This document shows, one piece after another, positions 15,101 to 27,600 of a stretch of 64,000 nt of DNA. The stretch spans positions 100,566,001 to 100,630,000 of the forward strand of contig NC_086097.1 in assembly GCF_963921235.1 (NCBI RefSeq), written 5' to 3'. The position numbers and the translations under genes are program-made. The notes beneath the pieces are model-generated. The model was not told where the DNA came from and ran no database searches. It worked only from the letters and a program-made list of their open reading frames with translations. Position 1 is the stretch's first letter. Each line of letters starts with the position of its first letter. Origin of the DNA: Mobula hypostoma. Taxonomy: Eukaryota.

Positions 15101-18100
15101 ATTACTGTTCAATCACACCGACACCCTTTCTCCCATTCCACAGTGAGATTACTGTTCAATCACACCAACACCCTTTCTCCCATTCCACAGTGAGATTACT
15201 GTTCAATCACACCGACACCCTTTCTCCCATTCCACAGTGAGATTACTGTTCAATCACACCGACACCCTTTCTCCCATTCCACAGTGAGATTACTGTTCAA
15301 TCACACCGACACCCTTTCTCCCATTCCACAGTGAGATTACTGTTCAATCATACCGACACCCTTTCTCCCATTCCACAGTGAGATTACTGTTCAATCACAC
15401 CGACACCCTTTCTCCCATTCCACAGTGAGATTACTGTTCAATCACACTGACACCCTTTCTCCCATTCCACAGTGAGATTACTGTTCAATCACACCGACAC
15501 CCTTTCTCCCATTCCACAGTGAGATTACTGTTCAATCACACCGACACCCTTTCTCCCATTCCACAGTGAGATTACTGTTCAATCACACCGACACCCTTTC
15601 TCCCATTCCACAGTGAGATTACTGTTCAATCACACCGACACCCTTTCTCCCATTCCACAGTGAGATTACTGTTCAATCACATCAACACCCTTTCTCCCAT
15701 TCCACAGTGAATTTATTGTTCAATCACACCGACACCCTTTCTCCCATTCCACAGTGAGATTACTGTTCAATCACACCGACACCCTTTCTCCCATTCCACA
15801 GTGAGATTACTCCCATTCCACAGTGAGATTACTGTTCAATCACACCGACACCCTTTCTCCCATTCCACAGTGAGATTACTGTTCAATCACATCAACACCC
15901 TTTCTCCCATTCCACAGTGAGATTACTGTTCAATCACACCGACACCCTTTCTCCCATTCCACAGTGAGATTACTGTTCAATCACACCGACACCCTTTCTC
16001 CCATTCCACAGTGAGATTACTGTTCAATCACACCGACACCCTTTCTCCCATTCCACAGTGAGATTACTGTTCAATCACACCGACACCCTTTCTCCCATTC
16101 CACAGTGAGATTACTGTTCAATCACACCGACACCCTTTCTCCCATTCCACAGTGAGATTACTGTTCAATCACACCGACACCCTTTCTCCCATTCCACAGT
16201 GAGATTACTGTTCAATCACACCGACACCCTTTCTCCCATTCCACAGTGAGATTACTGTTCAATCACACCGACACCCTTTCTCCCATTCCACAGTGAGATT
16301 ACTGTTCAATCACACTGACACCCTTTCTCCCATTCCACAGTGAGATTACTGTTCAATCACACCGACACCCTTTCTCCCATTCCACAGTGAGATTACTGTT
16401 CAATCACACCGACACCCTTTCTCCCATTCCACAGTGAGATTACTGTTCAATCACACCGACACCCTTTCTCCCATTCCACAGTGAGATTACTGTTCAATCA
16501 CACCAACACCCTTTCTCCCATTCCACAGTGAGATTACTGTTCAATCACACCGACACCCTTTCTCCCATTCCACAGTGAGATTACTGTTCAATCACACCGA
16601 CACCCTTTCTCCCATTCCACAGTGAGATTACTGTTCAATCATATCAACACCCTTTCTCCCATTCCACAGTGAGATTACTGTTCAATCAAACCGACACCCT
16701 TTCTCCCATTCCACAGTGAGATTACTGTTCAATCACACCGACACCCTTTCTCCCATTCCACAGTGAGATTACTGTTCAATCACACTGACACCCTTTCTCC
16801 CATTCCACAGTGAGATTACTGTTCAATCACACCGACACCCTTTCTCCCATTCCACAGTGAGATTACTGTTCAATCACACCGACACCCTTTCTCCCATTCC
16901 ACAGTGAGATTACTGTTCAATCACACCGACACCCTTTCTCCCATTCCACAGTGAGATTACTGTTCAATCACACTGACACCCTTTCTCCCATTCCACAGTG
17001 AGATTACTGTTCAATCACACCGACACCCTTTCTCCCATTCCACAGTGAGATTACTGTTCAATCACACCGACACCCTTTCTCCCATTCCACAGTGGGATTA
17101 CTGTTCAATCACACCAATAGCCTTTCTCCCATTCCACAGTGAGATTACTGTTCAATCAGACCGACACCCTTTCCCCCATTCCACAGTGAGATTACTGTTC
17201 AATCACACCGACACCCTTTGTCCCATTCCACAGTGAGATTACTGTTCAATCACACCGACACACTTTCTCCCATTCCACAGTGAGATTACTGTTCAATCAC
17301 ACCGACACCCTTTCTCCCATTCCACAGTGAGATTACTGTTCAATCATATCAACACCCTTTCTCCCATTCCACAGTGAGATTACTGTTCAATCACACCGAC
17401 ACCCTTTCTCCCATTCCACAGTGAGATTACTGTTCAATCACACCGACACCCTTTCTCCCATTCCACAGTGAGATTACTGTTCAATCACACCGACACCCTT
17501 TCTCCCATTCCACAGTGAGATTACTGTTCAATCACACCGACACCCTTTCTCCCATTCCACAGTGAGATTACTGTTCAATCACACCGACACCCTTTCTCCC
17601 ATTCCACAGTGAGATTACTGTTCAATCACACCGACACCCTTTCTCCCATTCCACAGTGAGATTACTGTTCAATCACACCGACACCCTTTCTCCCATTCCA
17701 CAGTGAGATTACTGTTCAATCACACCGACACCCTTTCTCCCATTCCACAGTGAGATTACTGTTCAATCACACCGACACCCTTTCTCCCATTCCACAGTGA
17801 GATTACTGTTCAATCACACCGACACCCTTTCTCCCATTCCACAGTGAGATTACTGTTCAATCATATCGACACCCTTTCTCCCATTCCACAGTGAGATTAC
17901 TGTTCAATCATACCGACATCCTTCCTCCCATTCCACAGTGAGATTACTGTTCAATCATATCAACACCCTTTCTCCCATTCCACAGTGAGATTACTGTTCA
18001 ATTACACCGACACACATTCTCCCATTCCACAGTGTGATTGCTGTTCAATCACACCGACACCCTGTCTCCCATTCCACAGTGAGATTACTGTTCAATCACA

Positions 18101-21100
18101 CCGACACCCTTTCTCCCATTCCACAGTGAGATTACTGTTCAATCACACCGACACCCTTTCTCCCATTCCACAGTGAGATTACTGTTCAATCACACCGACA
18201 CCCTTTCTCCCATTCCACAGTGAGATTACTGTTCAATCACACCAACACCCTTTCTCCCAGTCCCCAGTGAGATTACTGTTCAATCACACCGACACCCTTT
18301 CTCCCATTCCACAGTGAGATTACTGTTCAATCACACCGACACCCTTTCTCCCATTCCACAGTGAGATTACTGTTCAATCACACCGACACCCTTTCTCCCA
18401 TTCCACAGTGAGATTACTGTTCAATCACACTGACACCCTTTCTCCCATTCCACAGTGAGATTACTGTTCAATCACACCGACACCCTTTCTCCCATTCCAC
18501 AGTGAGATTACTGTTCAATCACACCGACACCCTTTCTCCCATTCCACAGTGAGATTACTGTTCAATCACACCGACACCTTTTCTCCCATTCCACAGTGAG
18601 ATTACTGTTCAATCACACCGACACCCTTTCTCCCATTCCACAGTGAGATTACTGTTCAATCACACCGACACCCTGTCTCCCATTCCACAGTGAGATTACT
18701 GTTCAATCATATCAACACCCTTTCTCCCATTCCACAGTGAGATTACTGTTCAATCACACCGACACCCTTTCTCCCATTCCACAGTGAGATTACTGTTCAA
18801 TCACACCGACACCCTTTCTCCCATTCCACAGTGAGATTACTGTTCAATCACACCGACACCCATTGTCCCATTCCACAGTGAGATTACTGTTCAATCACAC
18901 CGACACTCTTTCTCCCATTCCACAGTGAGATTACTGTTCAATCACACCGACACCCTTTCTCCCATTCCACAGTGAGATTACTGTTCAATCATATCAACAC
19001 CCTTTCTCCCATTCCACAGTGAGATTACTGTTCAATCATACCGACATCCTTTCTCCCATTCCACAGTGAGATTACTGTTCAATCACACCGACACCCTTTC
19101 TCCCATTCCACAGTGAGATTACTGTTCAATCACACCGACACCCTTTCTCCCATTCCACAGTGAGATTACTGTTCAATCACACCGACACCCTTTCTCCCAT
19201 TCCACAGTGAGATTACTGTTCAATCACACCGACACCCTTTCTCCCATTCCACAGTGAGATTACTGTTCAATCACACCGACACCCTTTCTCCCATTCCACA
19301 GTGAGATTACTGTTCAATCACACCGACACCCTTTCTCCCATTCCACAGTGAGATTACTGTTCAATCACACCGACACCCTTTCTCCCATTCCACAGTGAGA
19401 TTACTGTTCAATCACACCGACACCCTTTCTCCCATTCCACAGTGAGATTACTGTTCAATCACACCGACACCCTTTCTCCCATTCCACAGTGAGATTACTG
19501 TTCAATCACACCGACACCCTTTCTCCCATTCCACAGTGAGATTACTGTTCAATCACACCGACACCCTTTCTCCCATTCCACAGTGAGATTACTGTTCAAT
19601 CACACCGACACCCTTTCTCCCATTCCACAGTGAGATTACTGTTCAATCACACCGACACCCTTTCTCCCATTCCACAGTGAGATTACTGTTCAATCACACC
19701 GACACCCTTTCTCCCATTCCACAGTGAGATTACTGTTCAATCACACCAACACCCTTTCTTGTTCAATCACACCGACACCCTTTCTCCCATTCCACAGTGA
19801 GATTACTGTTCAATCACACCGACACCCTTTCTCCCATTCCACAGTGAGATTACTGTTCAATCACACCAACACCCTTTCTCCCATTCCACAGTGAGATTAC
19901 TGTTCAATCACACCGACACCCTTTCTCCCATTCCACAGTGAGATTACTGTTCAATCACACCGACACCCTTTCTCCCATTCCACAGTGAGATTACTGTTCA
20001 ATCACACCGACACCCTTTCTCCCATTCCACAGTGAGATTACTGTTCAATCACACCGACACCCTTTCTCCCATTCCACAGTGAGATTACTGTTCAATCACA
20101 CCGACACCCTTTCTCCCATTCCACAGTGAGATTACTGTTCAATCATATCGACACCCTTTCTCCCATTCCACAGTGAGATTACTGTTCAATCACACCGACA
20201 CCCTTTCTCCCATTCCACAGTGAGATTACTGTTCAATCACACCGACACCCTTTCTCCCATTCCACAGTGAGATTGCTGTTCAATCACACCGACACCCTGT
20301 CTCCAATTCCACCATGAGATTACAGTTCAATTACACCGACATCCTTTCTCCCATTCCACAGTGAGATTACTGTTCAATCACACCGACACCCTTTCTCCCA
20401 TTCCACAGTGAGATTACTGTTCAATCACACCGACACCCTTTCTCCCATTCCACAGTGAGATTACTGTTCAATCACACCGACACCCTTTCTCCCATTCCAC
20501 AGTGAGATTACTGTTCAATCACACCGACACCCTTTCTCCCATTCCACAGTGAGATTACTGTTCAATCACACCGACACCCTTTCTCCCATTCCACAGTGAG
20601 ATTACTGTTCAATCACACCGACACCCTTTCTCCCATTCCACAGTGAGATTACTGTTCAATCACACCGACACCCTTTCTCCCATTCCACAGTGAGATTACT
20701 GTTCAATCACACCGACACCCTTTCTCCCATTCCACAGTGAGATTACTGTTCAATCACACCGACACCCTTTCTCCCATTCCACAGTGAGATTACTGTTCAA
20801 TCACACCAACACCCTTTCTCCCATTCCACAGTGAGATTACTGTTCAATCACACCGACACCCTTTCTCCCATTCCACAGTGAGATTACTGTTCAATCACAC
20901 CGACACCCTTTCTCCCATTCCACAGTGAGATTACTGTTCAATCACACCGACACCCTTTCTCCCATTCCACAGTGAGATTACTGTTCAATCACACCGACAC
21001 CCTTTCTCCCATTCCACAGTGAGATTACTGTTCAATCACACCGACACCCTTTCTCCCATTCCACAGTGAGATTACTGTTCAATCACACCGACATCCTGTC

Positions 21101-24100
21101 TCCCATTCCACCATGAGATTACTGTTCAATCATATCAACACCCTTTCTCCCATTCCACAGTGAGATTACTGTTCAATCACACCGACACCCTTTCTCCCAT
21201 TCCACAGTGAGATTACTGTTCAATCACACCGACACCCATTCACCCATTCCACAGTGAGATTACTGTTCAATCACACCGACACCCTTTCTCCCATTCCACA
21301 GTGAGATTACTGTTCAATCACACCGACACCCTTTCTCCCATTCCACAGTGAGATTACTGTTCAATCACACCGACACCCTTTCTCCCATTCCACAGTGAGA
21401 TTACTGTTCAATCACACCGACACCCTTTCTCCCATTCCACAGTGAGATTACTGTTCAATCATATCAACACCCTTTCTCCCATTCCACAGTGAGATTACTG
21501 TTCAATTACACCGACACACATTCTCCCATTCCACAGTGTGATTGCTGTTCAATCACACCGACACACTGTCTCCCATTCCACCATGAGATTACTGTTCAAT
21601 TACACCGACACACATTCTCCCATTCCACAGTGTGATTGCTGTTCAATCACACCGACACACTGTCTCCCATTCCACCATGAGATTACTGTTCAATTACACC
21701 GACACCCTTTCTCCCATTCCACAGTGAGATTACTGTTCAATCACACCGACACCCTTTCTCCCATTCCACAGTGAGATGACTGTTCAATCACACCGACACC
21801 CTTTCTCCCATTCCACAGTGAGATTACTGTTCAATCACACCGACACCCTTTCTCCCATTCCACAGTGAGATTACTGTTCAATCACACCGACACCCTTTCT
21901 CCCATTCCACAGTGAGATTACTGTTCAATCACACCGACACCCTTTCTCCCATTCCACAGTGAGATTACTGTTCAATCACACCGACACCCTTTCTCCCATT
22001 CCACAGTGAGATTACTGTTCAATCACACCGACACCCTTTCTCCCATTCCACAGTGAGATTACTGTTCAATCATATCGACACCCTTTCTCCCATTCCACAG
22101 TGAGATTACTGTTCAATCACACCGACACCCTTTCTCCCATTCCACAGTGAGATTACTGTTCAATCATATCAACACCCTTTCTCCCATTCCACAGTGAGAT
22201 TACTGTTCAATCACACCGACACACTTTCTCCCATTCCACAGTGAGATTACTGTTCAATCACACCGACACCCTTTCTCCCATTCCACAGTGAGATTACTGT
22301 TCAATCACACCGACACCCTTTCTCCCATTCCACAGTGAGATTACTGTTCAATCACACCGACACCCTTTCTCCCATTCCACAGTGAGATTACTGTTCAATC
22401 ACACCGACACCCTTTCTCCCATTCCACAGTGAGATTACTGTTCAATCACACCGACACCCTTTCTCCCATTCCACAGTGAGATTACTGTTCAATTACACCG
22501 ACACCCTTTCTCCCATTCCACAGTGAGATTACTGTTCAATCACACCGACACCCTTTCTCCCATTCCACAGTGAGATTACTGTTCAATCACACCGACACCC
22601 TTTCTCCCATTCCACAGTGAGATTACTGTTCAATCACACCGACACCCTTTCTCCCATTCCACAGTGAGATTACTGTTCAATCACACCGACACCCTTTCTC
22701 CCATTCCACAGTGAGATTACTGTTCAATCACACCGACACCCTTTCTCCCATTCCACAGTGAGATTACTGTTCAATCACACCGACACCCTTTCTCCCATTC
22801 CACAGTGAGATTACTGTTCAATCACACCGACACCCTTTCTCCCATTCCACAGTGAGATTACTGTTCAATCACACCGACACCCTTTCTCCCATTCCACAGT
22901 GAGATTACTGTTCAATCACACCGACACCCTTTCTCCCATTCCACAGTGAGATTACTGTTCAATCACACCGACACCCTTTCTCCCATTCCACAGTGAGATT
23001 ACTGTTCAATCACACCGACACCCTTTCTCCCATTCCACAGTGAGATTACTGTTCAATCACACCGACACCCTTTCTCCCATTCCACAGTGAGATTACTGTT
23101 CAATCACACCAACACCCTTTCTCCCATTCCACAGTGAGATTACTGTTCAATCACACCGACACCCTTTCTCCCATTCCACAGTGAGATTACTGTTCAATCA
23201 CACCGACACCCTTTCTCCCATTCCACAGTGAGATTACTGTTCAATCACACCGACACCCTTTCTCCCATTCCACAGTGAGATTACTGTTCAATCACACCGA
23301 CACCCTTTCTCCCATTCCACAGTGAGATTACTGTTCAATCACACCGACACCCTTTCTCCCATTCCACAGTGAGATTACTGTTCAATCACACCGACACCCT
23401 TTCTCCCATTCCACAGTGAGATTACTGTTCAATCACACCAACACCCTTTCTCCCATTCCACAGTGAGATTACTGTTCAATCACACCGACACCCTTTCTCC
23501 CATTCCACAGTGAGATTACTGTTCAATCACACCGACACCCTTTCTCCCATTCCACAGTGAGATTACTGTTCAATCACACCGACACCCTTTCTCCCATTCC
23601 ACAGTGAGATTACTGTTCAATCACACCGACACCCTTTCTCCCATTCCACAGTGAGATTACTGTTCAATCACACCGACACCCTTTCTCCCATTCCACAGTG
23701 AGATTACTGTTCAATCACACCGACACCCTTTCTCCCATTCCACAGTGAGATTACTGTTCAATCACACCGACACCCTTTCTCCCATTCCACAGTGAGATTA
23801 CTGTTCAATCACACCGACACCCTCATTCCACAGTGAGATTACTGTTCAATCACACCGACACCCTTTCTCCCATTCCACAGTGAGATTACTGTTCAATCAC
23901 ACCGACACCCTTTCTCCCATTCCACAGTGAGATTACTGTTCAATCACACCAACACCCTTTCTCCCATTCCACAGTGAGATTACTGTTCAATCACACCGAC
24001 ACCCTTTCTCCCATTCCACAGTGAGATTACTGTTCAATCACACCGACACCCTTTCTCCCATTCCACAGTGAGATTACTGTTCAATCACACCGACACCCTT

Positions 24101-24600
24101 TCTCCCATTCCACAGTGAGATTACTGTTCAATCACACCGACACCCTTTCTCCCATTCCACAGTGAGATTACTGTTCAATCACACCGACACCCTTTCTCCC
24201 ATTCCACAGTGAGATTACTGTTCAATCACACCGACACCCTTTCTCCCATTCCACAGTGAGATTACTGTTCAATCACACCGACACCCTTTCTCCCATTCCA
24301 CAGTGAGATTACTGTTCAATCACACCGACACCCTTTCTCCCATTCCACAGTGAGATTACTGTTCAATCACACCGACACCCTTTCTCCCATTCCACAGTGA
24401 GATTACTGTTCAATCACAACAACACTCTTTCTCCCATTCCACAGTGAGATGACTGTTCAATCACACCGACAGCCTTTGTCCCATTCCACAGTGAGATTAC
24501 TGATCAATCACACCCACACCCTTTCTAACATACCACAGTGGGATTAATGTTCAATCACACCAAGACCCTTTCTCCCATTCCACAGTGAGATTACTGTTCA
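191..24600. repeat. Variant-rich edge domain of the array, with recurring multi-unit variant cassettes
   Basis: Frequent variants: catatcaac, catcaac, cactgac, gtgaatttattg, ctgtacaa, aaaatgac, tgtggcatt, ccatgag, gtgtgattgctg. Several recur in the same unit order. Confidence 0.9.
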
Positions 24601-27600
24601 ATCACACCGACACCCTTTCTCCCATTCCACAGTGAGATTACTGTTCAATCACACCGACACCCTTTCTCCCATTCCACAGTGAGATTACTGTTCAATCACA
24701 CCGACACCCTTTCTCCCATTCCACAGTGAGATTACTGTTCAATCACACCGACACCCTTTCTCCCATTCCACAGTGAGATTACTGTTCAATCACACCGACA
24801 CCCTTTCTCCCATTCCACAGTGAGATTACTGTTCAATCACACCGACACCCTTTCTCCCATTCCACAGTGAGATTACTGTTCAATCACACCGACACCCTTT
24901 CTCCCATTCCACAGTGAGATTACTGTTCAATCACACCGACACCCTTTCTCCCATTCCACAGTGAGATTACTGTTCAATCACACCGACACCCTTTCTCCCA
25001 TTCCACAGTGAGATTACTGTTCAATCACACCGACACCCTTTCTCCCATTCCACAGTGAGATTACTGTTCAATCACACCGACACCCTTTCTCCCATTCCAC
25101 AGTGAGATTACTGTTCAATCACACCGACACCCTTTCTCCCATTCCACAGTGAGATTACTGTTCAATCACACCGACACCCTTTCTCCCATTCCACAGTGAG
25201 ATTACTGTTCAATCACACCGACACCCTTTCTCCCATTCCACAGTGAGATTACTGTTCAATCACACCGACACCCTTTCTCCCATTCCACAGTGAGATTACT
25301 GTTCAATCACACCGACACCCTTTCTCCCATTCCACAGTGAGATTACTGTTCAATCACACCGACACCCTTTCTCCCATTCCACAGTGAGATTACTGTTCAA
25401 TCACACCGACACCCTTTCTCCCATTCCACAGTGAGATTACTGTTCAATCACACCGACACCCTTTCTCCCATTCCACAGTGAGATTACTGTTCAATCACAC
25501 CGACACCCTTTCTCCCATTCCACAGTGAGATTACTGTTCAATCACACCGACACCCTTTCTCCCATTCCACAGTGAGATTACTGTTCAATCACACCGACAC
25601 CCTTTCTCCCATTCCACAGTGAGATTACTGTTCAATCACACCGACACCCTTTCTCCCATTCCACAGTGAGATTACTGTTCAATCACACCGACACCCTTTC
25701 TCCCATTCCACAGTGAGATTACTGTTCAATCACACCGACACCCTTTCTCCCATTCCACAGTGAGATTACTGTTCAATCACACCGACACCCTTTCTCCCAT
25801 TCCACAGTGAGATTACTGTTCAATCACACCGACACCCTTTCTCCCATTCCACAGTGAGATTACTGTTCAATCACACCGACACCCTTTCTCCCATTCCACA
25901 GTGAGATTACTGTTCAATCACACCGACACCCTTTCTCCCATTCCACAGTGAGATTACTGTTCAATCACACCGACACCCTTTCTCCCATTCCACAGTGAGA
26001 TTACTGTTCAATCACACCGACACCCTTTCTCCCATTCCACAGTGAGATTACTGTTCAATCACACCGACACCCTTTCTCCCATTCCACAGTGAGATTACTG
26101 TTCAATCACACCGACACCCTTTCTCCCATTCCACAGTGAGATTACTGTTCAATCACACCGACACCCTTTCTCCCATTCCACAGTGAGATTACTGTTCAAT
26201 CACACCGACACCCTTTCTCCCATTCCACAGTGAGATTACTGTTCAATCACACCGACACCCTTTCTCCCATTCCACAGTGAGATTACTGTTCAATCACACC
26301 GACACCCTTTCTCCCATTCCACAGTGAGATTACTGTTCAATCACACCGACACCCTTTCTCCCATTCCACAGTGAGATTACTGTTCAATCACACCGACACC
26401 CTTTCTCCCATTCCACAGTGAGATTACTGTTCAATCACACCGACACCCTTTCTCCCATTCCACAGTGAGATTACTGTTCAATCACACCGACACCCTTTCT
26501 CCCATTCCACAGTGAGATTACTGTTCAATCACACCGACACCCTTTCTCCCATTCCACAGTGAGATTACTGTTCAATCACACCGACACCCTTTCTCCCATT
26601 CCACAGTGAGATTACTGTTCAATCACACCGACACCCTTTCTCCCATTCCACAGTGAGATTACTGTTCAATCACACCGACACCCTTTCTCCCATTCCACAG
26701 TGAGATTACTGTTCAATCACACCGACACCCTTTCTCCCATTCCACAGTGAGATTACTGTTCAATCACACCGACACCCTTTCTCCCATTCCACAGTGAGAT
26801 TACTGTTCAATCACACCGACACCCTTTCTCCCATTCCACAGTGAGATTACTGTTCAATCACACCGACACCCTTTCTCCCATTCCACAGTGAGATTACTGT
26901 TCAATCACACCGACACCCTTTCTCCCATTCCACAGTGAGATTACTGTTCAATCACACCGACACCCTTTCTCCCATTCCACAGTGAGATTACTGTTCAATC
27001 ACACCGACACCCTTTCTCCCATTCCACAGTGAGATTACTGTTCAATCACACCGACACCCTTTCTCCCATTCCACAGTGAGATTACTGTTCAATCACACCG
27101 ACACCCTTTCTCCCATTCCACAGTGAGATTACTGTTCAATCACACCGACACCCTTTCTCCCATTCCACAGTGAGATTACTGTTCAATCACACCGACACCC
27201 TTTCTCCCATTCCACAGTGAGATTACTGTTCAATCACACCGACACCCTTTCTCCCATTCCACAGTGAGATTACTGTTCAATCACACCGACACCCTTTCTC
27301 CCATTCCACAGTGAGATTACTGTTCAATCACACCGACACCCTTTCTCCCATTCCACAGTGAGATTACTGTTCAATCACACCGACACCCTTTCTCCCATTC
27401 CACAGTGAGATTACTGTTCAATCACACCGACACCCTTTCTCCCATTCCACAGTGAGATTACTGTTCAATCACACCGACACCCTTTCTCCCATTCCACAGT
27501 GAGATTACTGTTCAATCACACCGACACCCTTTCTCCCATTCCACAGTGAGATTACTGTTCAATCACACCGACACCCTTTCTCCCATTCCACAGTGAGATT

